The translations under genes were made by a program, and so were the position numbers. A model generated the notes under the pieces. It was not told the origin of the DNA and searched no databases. It saw only the letters and a list, made by a program, of their open reading frames with translations. A DNA stretch of 64,000 nucleotides from Haliotis rufescens (taxonomy: Eukaryota), in NCBI RefSeq assembly GCF_023055435.1, contig NW_025964001.1, positions 43,338,001-43,402,000 on the forward strand, given 5' to 3'. Positions 25,167-37,802 of this stretch are shown here, one piece after another; the first letter of the stretch is position 1; the number at the start of each line of letters is the position of its first letter.

Positions 25167-28100
25167 CTACCCCTCTGTTTTAATATAGTGTCCATCCTCT
25201 TCGCCATACGCTGACTGAACATGCACGTGTATGCTGGCCTGGGTGACCTCTGTCACCTCCTGGCCTGCCACCGACCGCCCATGCACGTGCATTGTTGGAT
25301 CCTCGGTTACTTCTGTCTGGTACACTGTAGCCCCGCGCTGAACGTTTGGAACACCTGGTTGAACCTGCTGAACATCGCGCGTCTGTCTGATCGGTTTTGA
25401 CACGAATATATAGATTCTGAAACAAAGAATAGGCGTGACATTTGCATTCTTTTGGGGGATTACTCACTTGAAACAGATATCGGTGATAACACTTGATCCG
25501 AATAGTTGATCTGAAATTATGGGTTATACCCTAAATCAATAAATGCTTAATGTGATAAAACGTTATGAAGAATGAAACACGCCTGGAATGGACCTTGCGT
25601 TTTTCAATCCAGTTGTTGACTTCCTAGTACAAGTTCACAATCAATGGGTGGAAGGGGCCTACATGTACATTCAAGATTCATAGCAAGGAGACGACCGAGT
25701 TGTGATTATTTATGATTTTAATCTATGCACTTAAACATTTATAACTAGAAGTACACCCATAAAATATGTGTTCAGTAGCCAAGTGCTACCAGCGTCATGA
25801 AAAAAGTACGCCCGAGAAAAGTACACATATTATTTCAAACGGTTGTTTTTCCGTTTGTAGACAAGGCTACGGGTTGATTAAGACAGAAGTAGTACCAGTA
25901 TTTATCGTTCATCTGCTGAATTGAGAGATTGAGAAGCCTAGTGGTAAAAGCTTTGGCTGATGTGACCGGAATATTGTTTGTCGTTTAACGCCACATTTAG
26001 CAATATTCCAGCTGTTTGACGGCGGCCAATAAAGTCTGGACAAGACAATCAAGTGATTGGTATGGTGAGCAACTCTCCACACCGTCTTGGTTCGATGTCA
26101 CACACTCAACCACATCACCGAGCTGGACAACCCGATACATTTGGTTGCCTCTTACGACCAGCATAGTTTTCTGGCCATCTATTCTAACCTGGAATTTCCA
26201 CAAATTTGAAATTTTTAAAACTGCGTACAAATCCTTCTCGATCAATCATAAGCTGACAAACTGAACAAGATAACATTTATATAAAACGGTCATGGATTTT
26301 GAATATGGACAAAGAAGTGCATTAACTACTCACGCGAGAACAATGGCACCGACTACATGCGTGCCTCCCAAGAAGATGAAGACCAACCCTTTCCACACCA
26401 CCACCGTGTCCTGGTAGATGTTGCTGTAGATCGGAGTCCCCACCAGCGAGCATATCGTCTCTACCACTGCTATACTGGCGAATAAGGAACCTGCAATAAG
26501 AGCACAACTGTGTACAGAGATGTGTATCTTTAAAAATATGTTTAAGTCAGCAATATTCCATTAATACCAGTGTGTCTTTAAATAATTGGGCGTTGGTAAA
26601 GCAAACACGTGACTGTTGGAATAAGCATCTGTCGGGTATGACAATATGCAATCACCTAAGACACCGAGTCTTCCAGCAGCCCCTTTACACAAGACAAAGC
26701 AACAAAAGTGCCATCCGTGTCCCCACGAGCATAACTGCCATTTGTTTATGCTGTACGTGTGATATATGAACAGTACAATATTCATGCTTGCCTACAAGGA
26801 AGCAATTTACCTAGTGAGTGAGTGAGTTGGGTTTAACGCCGCTTTTAACAGTATTCCAGTTATATCACGACGTGCATTTTGGATAGAGGCCATCGGGTTT
26901 TTGTTTCATAGAAGGTGCTTCATTTGACATGGTATATGATATATTCAGTACATCCTCCATACACACATTCTGACCTTGTTTGTTTGCTGGAGCCAACCGG
27001 GACAAGATGGAGCGAGCAATTGGGAACATCGTGGCAGCAGGGATCTTGATGCCCGCAACTAGAAGAACAATAATACTAACGGTGTTATAAATCACATGTA
27101 ACTTTAAAGAACCTTTTTAACATGCATCATAGTCAAGTTAGTATGTTAATTGTTTAAGGATAAGTATGATCTGTAATGAATATTTTCACAAATAATGAAC
27201 CATGGTCTTGGTTCAATGAATCTTTTCAGCATTTTCAGCAGATGTGATTGAAAATAACATCCATAATTCATTAAGTATGAATGCACCAAGAGGGAAACCA
27301 GTGTACATTTTGTCATAATCATTGGTGCCCGGAAAGATAAAATGGTCGATCATATTCACTATCTATTACCTCCGTACATCATCCAGTCTGTGCTTGCAAT
27401 AGACTGTAGGCTGTCTGCCGCACCTATTGCCAGTAAACCAATCACTCCTATCACCTCATCGATACAGCAACACTGTAACAGTCGCGTCAACGGGACACCG
27501 ATCACCTGTTGTGCCACAGAGCTTATTGAACTATAATAACCTATTTTCTCAGGGGTCCAGCAAAACGGAAGGTTCAGTTTGAATAGTGTGTCAATATTAG
27601 ACGCCCCTACGACTGGCAAGGCAGTGAAAACGAATATCAAGATAGCTAAAACAAAGCATATTCGTTTCCGTTTACTGCCCTCAGAAACATAAAATCCAAA
27701 CACTCGTCGACATCCCTCTAGAGGTGTAATCCAGTTGCTCTTCGGTCTTTTAATCCCCTTTGTCTTGGGCAGCAGTGTCACCACCAGGATAACGTCCACG
27801 AGAACGATGAGTGTGGCAGTTAGTGCCGGGTAGAAGAAGTTCACGTCTTGGATGAAGTAGCCAGCTGCTGTTGATGAGGCAGCAGATCCTATGTTCTCAA
27901 AGAACTCCACGAAGGCTATGCCCATGGTTCGAGCACCTGTCGCCGGCGTATTGTCAGCAGCATAGGCGTACGATGCAAGTAGCAAAGCATAGTTGCCCCC
28001 TGTTAGGCCGTCTATCCCTGCTGACATAAAAAACCAGTTGATATCCAACTTCCAGTAGATAATGACTGCTGTTATTCCAAATCTTAGACACTGGCCAGTC

Positions 28101-28498
28101 AGAGGTGCAGCAAAGAGGAACTTGCGACCAATAGAGTCCGAATAGGAACCAAGAATGATGTTGGTGATGACGGCTAGACTGCTTTTCAGAATTGTAAACT
28201 GCATTTGTTTGGCTGCGGCGATCTGCTGTGCCTTCTCCTGAAGGATGTAATCTGGGTTGGATGTGTTCAGGTAACATGTGTGATTCATCGGGCCTTTCCC
28301 CACCACCGTGTGGCTACTGAACACGTCCTCCGTCACCCGTTTGTAGAGATATTGGCTCATCACTGGCGAGAACAACATCGCCCCCATTACAACTATAAAT
28401 ATTATCATATTGCCAAACAAGAGATTCTTGATCTGAGATTTCTTTACTCCAGATTCAGGAGTGTCCTCCACCTTTTGCAGGAGCGGTTCTGTTTCCAT
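25167..28498 (-). CDS. SLC46-family MFS transporter, gene 3 (complete, 539 aa)
   Basis: Exons 28498-27370, 27058-26975, 26490-26334, 25416-25167; GT-AG introns with the same phases as gene 2; 1620 nt open frame. Confidence 0.92.
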
Positions 28499-30074
28499 GT
28501 TGTGTGTTGTGAAGTACTCGCTACACTACCTGTGACATCAACATCAATTTCGTCACATGATATTACATCACGTTGACATTCCTGAATAACATAACTTGAT
28601 TAGCTTTCAGCCTTGCACTGCCATGGCTGAAGATAACCCATTAGATATAGAGGCCAAATTGTGAACCCTCAGACACATGTAAACGATCCTTTGTGATAGT
28701 TATAGCATGTGACCTCTTTGAGGAAAACACTCAAGCCGTAACGAGGATTGTGTGTGATTCATTATCTTGATAGCTTTCTAATGACCGCACAGCTAGGTCG
28801 AGGAAAAGACAGTATCGTATAAAACCAGCTGTTTAATGATATATTTCCTGTTATATTTTCCTATTTCAGTCCTGCGTTCCTTCCGCATATCGTATTTACA
28901 CCACATGCTGTATAAAGGCTACACCCAACAGGAATTTGAAGAGTTGTAATGTTGAGTTGGGTAAGTGTATGGGTTTGTACTGAATCTGTGACACATCCAG
29001 ATGAATGCGTGGTATCTACTTGGTGATATGTGTGCCACCGAAATTAACAAGTCACCAAGGACATTCACGTTGAGCTTGGTCTGGGCGTGTCAGCTTGATG
29101 TGGATGGAAAGCTCGGTGAGATGCAGGTTTGAACGTGTAACACATTGCTGAAACCCATGAGGTAGATAAAAACCAACCTTTTTAAGAAACATAATCAAGG
29201 CGAAGTGGGACTCGAACGCATGAACATAGGATTCTTGCATGGAGGAAGGATTCAACCCTGAACAGCGGAATCAGGAATAAAAAACCTGCTATGAGAAAGA
29301 AGCATGCAGCTTCTTTGTTCAATTGTCACGTATTTAATAGTCCTTACTCTCCCACATACAATACATATCCATTTTACAATAAATAACAAAATGAAAAATC
29401 TGTTACCTTTCAACAAATATAATTAGTACTAGACATACTTCATGAGGAAGACGGGAACTTGTGTTATTAGCATATTCGCTGTTCAAACAAACCAGATTCG
29501 ACCTTAAAACAATAAACCTATAACGTCATGTCCTTGTCAATTGTTTGTGATTTTCACTTGCAATTTCCTTTTTCTTAACACAAATAAGGCTTCCCGTAAT
29601 AAAAGTGTCTTTATTTTAGTGCTCTGAATACAATCATTTGTACGTGAAAATAATAAGAATGATCAAGTAAAAACCATCTCTTGACCTAATGAAAGCCCTT
29701 CGTAATGTTTCCATGCATCCATGTATATCACAGAGGAAAATAACTTCACCTGAATACTGTGAACATTTGTATAAAATGCGATGTTAAATTTTATCCCACT
29801 CACTCAAAAGTTTGCATTTTGAGTTAAAATTTGTGAATTTATTTTATTGAACACCTCATATTATAAATTGATGAAAGCGTTCAACTTGAAAGAGACAATG
29901 ATTCTGGTACAACTTTTATGCAGTGAATGAGTGCGTTTGATTGAACACCGCTTTGAACATTATGTACCAATTACAGTGAAGTCCCACTTATCCGGACCAC
30001 ACATGTCCGGAGACGGTATTTACGTGAAACGATCTATACTACATAAAATGCTTCATTTACCCGGAAAGTGATAT

Positions 30075-30332
30075 GCAGTTGTGACCAACCATGAGATAAG
30101 GGACCTTATGGGTGAAAAATCACATTTTGACTTTTTATTTTATTTTAAAACTACAGCACCTTCGGAACACAAAAATACAATTCACAAGCTCCAATTCATA
30201 TTTATGAAGGGGAAACATTACACATATCGATCTTCACTGAAGTAAGTTGACGTCAAACGTCTTTATGACGTCATAGCAAAATTTAATCCTAGCACCCTTG
30301 AGGTCCTTTTTCTCCTCGTGGGTCACAATTGC
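30075..30332. mobile_element. MITE-like element
   Basis: Imperfect ~35 bp TIRs TGTGACCAACCATGAGATAAGGGACCTTATGGGTG / CACCCTTGAGGTCCTTTTTCTCCTCGTGGGTCACA. Absent from the paralogous spacers. Confidence 0.55.
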
Positions 30333-30387
30333 TAACAGTGAAAATACACACCATTGTGTCCCACTTACCGGACAGCGACCACTCTTG

Positions 30388-30547
30388 GGTGAGTGTGGAT
30401 TTACGCCGCTGTTAGCAATATTCCAGCAATATCACGGCGGGGGACACCAGAAATGAGGTTAAATCATTGTACCCACGTAGGGAATAAAACCCAGGCCTTC
30501 GTCGTGACGAGCCAACGCTTTGACCACTAAGCTACTTAACCGCCCCT
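30388..30547 (-). mobile_element. tRNA-derived SINE (same family as 6049-6210) with 11 bp TSD
   Basis: Family similarity. TSD GACCACTCTTG at 30377-30387 and 30548-30558. Confidence 0.85.
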
Positions 30548-31242
30548 GACCACTCTTGATTATGTTTGTTTTGCAATTCACCACCCGGCCTCCGACATCA
30601 AAGGGGCGGGTGTCATGTGTGATCACAGTGTTGATTTCATCCTGTTATTACACCATCTGGTTACAAAAAGTCTTCGTGTCATACCTGGATATGTATATCT
30701 TTCATTCAATATTGATTGTATTACTTTCGGACAAATCGTGTGTGAACTGATTGGCAGATCGCACCAATATTGATAGAACCGTGGTCAGACTACCGTTATT
30801 CACGCCTTGAAACAACGTCAGAAAATAGATACATATGTAATAAATGCCAAATTCTGAACGTTCATAGTGATATTTGTTGTGGTTTGACTATGATATGGCA
30901 ATCGAAACTCGTATAATCCGGACATTATTTGAAAAAACGCAAGTGTCCGGACAAGCGAGGTCCGATTGTATATATAACAGGGTGTCAGCTTTAGGTGGGA
31001 GGAAAATCCACGCAGATCTAAGATGTCTACCACTTATTTGAAATTCACAAGCACGGGTATGATGCTGACGAACCATAAACATAATTAGGGCGTATCTGAG
31101 ATTCGAACCCATGATCATAGGGTTCTGGCAAGCCTAAAGAACACAACTCTGAACAGCGAAATGCGGTGCCTCTTACGAGTCACGCGTGCCTCATAATTTG
31201 TCAGAATTTCCGATCTCTTCCAGCTCTGGATGACCTGTTGGA

Positions 31243-34200
31243 CTAGCTCCTCGTGTCCTCCTCCGTCTCCTGAACATTCAATGCCCTGATCCTCTTTTGT
31301 TCTTCCCTCACTGGCCGAGATACAAAGATGAATACCCTGGGAGAGATATTGGCATTTGTTACATTTTATTATATCTTATCATTTCGTAATATGATAATTT
31401 TTGCTTGATTCCTTTGAAAGTTCACATTTGTATATGTGGGCAACATTTCAAATTGATGCTGATTGTTTTGTTTTGAAAGTCATCGTACTTTATTGTACAC
31501 ATATCTAAATACATTATGACATATGTCAAGTTTCCGCGAGTGTAGCTGTAATAATCTCTTTACATTATGACATATGTCAAGTTTCCGCGAGTGTAGCTGT
31601 AATAATCTCTTTACATGATGACATATGTCAAGTTTCCGCGAGTGTAGCTGTAATAATCTCTTTACATGATGACATATGTCAAGTTTCCGCGAGTGTAGCT
31701 GTAATAATCTCTTTACATGATGACATATGTCAAGTTTCCGCGAGTGTAGCTGTAATAATCTCTTTACATTGTGACATGTGTCAGGTTTCCGCGGGTGTAG
31801 CTGTAATAATCTCTTTACATTATGACATATGCCAAGTTTCCGCGAGTGTAGCTGTAATAATCTCTTAACATTATGACATATGTCAAGTTTCCGCGAGTGT
31901 AGCTGTAATAATCTCTTCACATGATGACATATGTCAAGTTTCCGCGAGTGTAGCTGTAATAATCTCTTTACATTGTGACATGTGTCAAGTTTCCGCGAGT
32001 GTAGCTGTAATAATCTCTTTACATTGTTACATGTGTCAAGTTTCCGCGAGTGTAGCTGTAATGTTGCTGGTGTGGCGTTTATCGATATTCACTTGCACAT
32101 TATATAATTTAGTTTTACTTTGTTCGTAAGTAGCTGACATTTTGAGATACTTACAGGAGAATGACGGCAGCGACAACATGCATTCCGGCCATGACGATGA
32201 AGACCAGGCCTCGCCATATGACAACCGTGCCTTGGTAGACCCTGCTGAACAAGGGAGAGCCAACCAGGGAGCAGATCGTCTCCACCACCGCGATACTGGC
32301 GAACAGTGACCCTGGAACAATAGTACAGGTATACAGGCAAACAGTGACCCTGGAACAATAGTACAGGTATACTGGCGAACAGTGACCCTGGAACAATAGT
32401 ACAGGTATACTGGCGAACAGTGACCCTGGAACAATAGTACAGCTATACTGGCGAACAGTGACCCTGGAACAATAGTACAGGTATACAGGCGAACAGTGAC
32501 CCTGGAACAATAGTACAACTATACAGGCGAACAGTGACCCTGGAACAATAGTACAGGTATACTGGCAAACAGTGACCCTGGAACAATAGTACAGCTATAC
32601 AGGCGAACAGTGACCCTGGAACAAAAGTACAGCTATACAGGCGAACAGTGACCCTGGAACAATAGTACAGGTATACTGGCGAACAGTGACCCTGGAACAA
32701 TAGTACAGGTATACTGGCGAACAGTGACCCTGGAACAATAGTACAGGTATACTGGCGAACAGTGACCCTGGAACAATAGTACAGCTATACTGGCGAACAG
32801 TGACCCTGGAACAATAGTACAGGTATACTGGCGAACAGTGACCCTGGAACAATAGTACAGCTATACAGGCAAACAGTGACATGTAACAATAAAACAGCTA
32901 TACTGGCAAACAGTGACCCTGGAACAATAGTATAGCTATACTGGCAAACAGTGACATGTAACAATAAAACAGCTATACTGGCAAACAGTGACCCTGGAAC
33001 AATAGTATAGCTATACTGGCAAACAGTGACCCTGGAACAATAGTACAGCTATACTGGCGAACAGTGACTCTGGAACAATAGTACAGCTATACTGGCGAAC
33101 AGTGACATGTAACAATAGTACATCTATACTGACGAACAGAGACCCTGGAACAATAGTATAGCTATACTGGCAAACAGTGACATGTAACAATAGTACAGCT
33201 ATACTGGCGAACAGTGACCCTGGAACAATAGTACAGCTGTACTGGCGAACAGTGACATGTAACAATAAAACAGCTATACTGGCAAACAGTGACATGTAAC
33301 AATAGTACAGGTATACTGGCGAACAGTGACCCTGGAACAATAATGCAGCTATACTGGCGAACAGGGAACTTGTAGCAATAGTAGAGCAATATTGACAAAC
33401 TAAGAACATGAAACAAAAACACAGCTATACTGGCTGACAGGGGACATGCAACAATGGCACAGCTATACTGACGAACAGTGGCCTGTTACAATAGTACCGC
33501 TATACTGGCGAACAGTGACATGTAACAATAGTACAGCTATACTGGTGAACAGTGCCCTGTTACAATAGTACAGCTATACTGGCGAACAGTGGCCTGTTAC
33601 AATAGTACAGCTATACTGGTGAACAGTGACATGTAACAATAGTACAGCTATACTGGCGAACAGTGCCCTGTTACAATAGTACAGCTATACTGGCGAACAG
33701 TGGCATGTTACAATAGTACAGCTGGCGAACAGTGACCTGTTACAATAGTACAGCTCTACAGGCGAACAGGGAACATGTAACAATAGTACAGCTATTCTGG
33801 CAAACAGTGACCTGTTACAATAGTACAGCTGGCGAACAGTGGCATGTAACAGTAGTACAGCTGGCGAACAGGGAACATGTCACAATAGTACAGCTATACT
33901 GGCGAACAGTGACCTGTTACAATAGTACAGCTATACTGACGAACAGTGGCATGTTACAACAGTACATCTATACTGACGAACAGTGACCTGTTACAACAGT
34001 ACAGCTATACTGACGAACAGTGGCATGTAACTATAGTACAGCCGGCGAACAGTGGCATGTTACAATAGTACAGCTGGCGAACAGTGACCTGTTACAATAG
34101 TACAGCTCTACTGGCGAACAGTGACCTGTTACAATAGTACAGCTATACTGGCGAAAAGTGACCTGTTACAATAGTACAGCTATACTGGCGAAAAGTGACC

Positions 34201-36210
34201 TGTTACAATAGTACAGCTATACTGGCGAAAAGTGACCTGTTACAATAGTACAGCTCTACTGGCGAACAGTGACCTGTTACAATAGTACAGCTATACTGGC
34301 GAAAAGTGACCTGTTACAATAGTACAGCTATACTGGCGAAAAGTGACCTGTTACAATAGTACAGCTCTACTGGCGAACAGTGACCTGTTACATAGTACAG
34401 CTATACTGGCGAAAAGTGACCTGTTACAATAGTACAGCTATACTGGCGAAAAGTGACCTGTTACAATAGTACAGCTATACTGGCGAAAAGTGACCTGTTA
34501 CAATAGTACAGCTATACTGGCGAACAGTGACCTGTTTCAGTAGTGTCGGTCTCATTGTGTATCTTACCTTGTCTGTTGGGTGGCGCCATGCGGGACATGA
34601 TGGCTCGGGTGATCCCTGATAATGTGCTGCCGATTGACGTCACCCCGACGACTACAACAAGTGTATGCATCGTATATAGTCAGTGTTATAATATTTATCA
34701 CACATGCACGTCATTCCCACCCTCTTGCATCCTTAGACACACTGGACATCTTACATTGCTGTGTAAATCATATTCTGCGTATAACATTGCATGACCACTG
34801 ATGGCACCTCTGCTGCAAACGTTAGTGCCGTAGATCCCAGGCTGGTTGGTCATGGGTTCGAATCTTAGATTAGCCTTGATTTTGATTCTTGGTGTAGGGC
34901 TACAACTGAACTAACCCTAAAGAATCAGCGTTTTTCTTAACTCACTCGTGCACTGATAGTGAGTGAGTGAGGTTTTAAAACATATTCCAGCAATATCACG
35001 TCGGTGGACGTCAAAAATACGGCATAATAGTCATTATCATTATAAGAACACTTCTAATAGCATAACCGTGATTAAATCGACACTCACCTATATACATCAT
35101 GGTGTCCGTCGACGCAAATGAGTGTATGACATCGCTTGCGACGGCTGCAGATGTTGCAATCACGGCAATGATCTCGTCAATCAGGCACACTTGAAACAGC
35201 CTGGTTAAGGGCACTCCTATCAGCGGACATAACACAGTGAAGGCTGTGACGTAATATGCAAGTTTTTCTGGAGTCCAGCAAAATGGTGCATTCAGGAGAA
35301 ACAAAGTGTCGATGTTGGAGCCTCCAACAGAACTGATGACATTAAACACAAAGGAAAGCAAAATAAGGATGAAACACGCTTTCTTTAAGGTGCTGTTGTC
35401 GAAAACATAAAACCCAAACACTCTTTTCAGACCTTCCACTGGATTCATCCATGTCGAGCCTCTATCTCTAACATGATATGTGCTTGTCGGAAGGAATAGT
35501 GTGACTATAATGAGGGCCACCATACACACCAGCGTGGCAGTGAGAGCTGGGTAGAAGAAGTTCACATCCTGGATGAAGTATCCGCTGGCTATGGAGATGA
35601 GAGAGGTGGCGAGGAACTCGGTGAGGTCGACGACAGCGATGCCGATGGTACGGGAACCTGTAGCCGGCGTGTTATCGGCGGTGTATGTATAGCACGCGAG
35701 TAGGATGCCGTAATAACTTCCCAGGAGACCATCTATGCCTTCAGACAGGAAGAACAAGTTCAAGTCCAGCCTACATCCAATGATAACTGTTGTGAAGGCG
35801 CTTCTTATCAGTTGCCCTGTCAGTGGCGTAACAAACAGGAACTTTCGACCAATAGAATCGGAATAAGCACCCAGCATGATGTTACTGAGGATAGCCAGGG
35901 CGCTTCTCAACATCGTGAATTGCATTTGTTTTTCAGCAGTGAGCTGCTGAGCCTTCTCCTGCAGCATGTAATCGGGGCTCGAGGTGTTCCGGTAACAGGG
36001 TTGTGTTGTGGTCATGTTGACAAGAGTGTGGTTGAATACATCCTCTGATACACGATGGTATAAATACTGACTCATCACAGGCATAAATAGGCTGCCTGAA
36101 AGCGTTAATATGAACATCACAAAATTAAGAAAAAGGAGATTCTTGACGATGGATTTCTCTCCGCTACGGCTTTTCCCGTCATGGGACGGTAGTAGCGGTT
36201 CGTCCTCCAT
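31243..36210 (-). CDS. SLC46-family MFS transporter, gene 4 (complete, 485 aa)
   Basis: Exons 36210-35088, 34651-34568 (VVGVTSIGSTLSGITRAIMSRMAPPNRQG), 32311-32155 (SLFASIAVVETICSLVG...) and 31336-31243 (VFIFVSRPVREEQ...EDTRS*); GT-AG introns; motifs GAYSDSIGRK, APFCWTPEKL. Confidence 0.88.
31510..32062. repeat. 51 bp minisatellite, ~11 copies, in intron 3 of gene 4
   Basis: Unit ACATTATGACATATGTCAAGTTTCCGCGAGTGTAGCTGTAATAATCTCTTT. Confidence 0.95.
32293..34537. repeat. 37-38 bp minisatellite derived from the intron 2/exon 3 junction of gene 4, ~55-60 copies
   Basis: Plus-strand unit ATACTGGCGAACAGTGACCCTGGAACAATAGTACAG(G/C)T. The leftmost copy is the real acceptor and first 19 nt of exon 3. 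Confidence 0.95.
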
Positions 36211-37802
36211 GCTGACACTGACAGGCTTTAGTTAATGAATACAAAATAACACACTCACATGACTGTCGCTATAAATACAACCATACCTGGGCTAAATACA
36301 CGCCTGTCTTATCACTGTTCACCTGTCCCTCCTGCCTGGGAGTCCAGGTCAAGCGGTGTCCCGCTTGATGTCTTTTCAAAATATCCTGGTTGCTTGTCAG
36401 TCAGAGCTTATAGTGTCCAAGCCTCGGTGGTTGTATTGATCCATCCACGAGTCGCGGGCTTATACACTGATCGTTCACCCAATGGGACCTCAATGATTTG
36501 ACCTCAATAAAGTGATTTCAGTTGGGATCGAGGCATCACGGCTCAAGACGGCAATGTTTATGTATAGAGAAGTTGTTATATTACCAACTAGATTTTAACG
36601 CAACTCGTCTCCTATGAATCAACTTTCGAATCATACTTGCGTCAATACATGTGTGTTTGTGTGTGTTTAGTGGTGGGTAACGACACGGAAATAGCTGTGA
36701 ATTATACAACCGGGTGACTAAGCGTTTCTCTGCCGCGTATTTAAGCTGTATGCTATTTATAAACAAACTTGGATAATGGCGGAACAACATGTCTGTTGTA
36801 ACATGTCCATCAGGTTTCGTCGCGCATGATAAAGTTACAGTTGTTCAGCCAATCACATGACTACAGATGTTTAACTTTACATTTCATGAGAAGTAAAGTT
36901 TATATACCTACACGTAAGTTACATCCTCGGGGCAATTTAAACCTGTACAATGGTTTGTTCGTTATACTTGGCCCCGAATGTGATATGTTGTTTTAATTAA
37001 ATAATAAGAAATTGACACATTGTAATATTGCATTGTATATTTTTATTCCATACCATATATACATTTGATTTGGAAGTTACTCGATGTATCATAGATATCA
37101 AATCACAATGACACCCGAATATATATATATAGAAAAGGTCTTCTCTTTCGGTTATTCCCGGTAGACATTTTTAAATTATGAAATGTACAATTATAAGTTA
37201 CAGATGAAGAGTTACGATGATTATTATTATACATTTTGGGCAGTAAGTGTGTATAAAGATTTAGGTATATATAAAGACTACAGCGAGTTTGAAATGTGGC
37301 GCTTTTCTATAGACAAATGTGATATATTTTCTGCATCGATCACAATGAACGGTATTTTGTCATAAATAAAATGTGTGAAAATTTAACTCAAGCGGTTAAC
37401 ATCCAAGAATCTGCGTTAAATTTTGTCATGGTGGAATGGTGATAAACCTACTGTGTTTTCAATGTAGAGCTAGATTACCTGTTGGTTTTAAACTCGCTAA
37501 ATTAAACATTAACTGCGCGTTCGGGTCCAAATTCAGCTTAGCGCGGTTAATCCTTATTGACATAGATCTACATTGAAACACTGCATGTCTTTCACCCAAT
37601 TGGCAAAGCAAAGCTTTCTGTAGTGATTCATATATCAAATGAGAACATATATTCAATCTGCTATCAGAAAATCTACAAGAAGTTACAGAAAATGACAGCA
37701 TGATGATACAAGTGTGTGCAGCCGAGTTACACGCCGGTATACGAAAGTATTCAACATGTGACACGACTGACGCTTATGGTGGCAACCCTTGTCATTTGCT
37801 AT

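Noticed and set aside
602-28498. Genes 1-3 as uncollapsed haplotypes
   Set aside because: Three copies with clearly diverged introns and spacers and different insertions. The gap at 13552-13862 still leaves copy number between genes 1 and 2 uncertain.
31480-33986. KRLLQLHSRKLDICH and FQGHCSPVYLYYC repeat ORFs as separate genes
   Set aside because: Intronic minisatellites of gene 4; only 32311-32155 is a conventional exon.
31510-34537. CRISPR-like array
   Set aside because: Head-to-tail repeats with no unique spacers, in a eukaryotic context with no cas genes.
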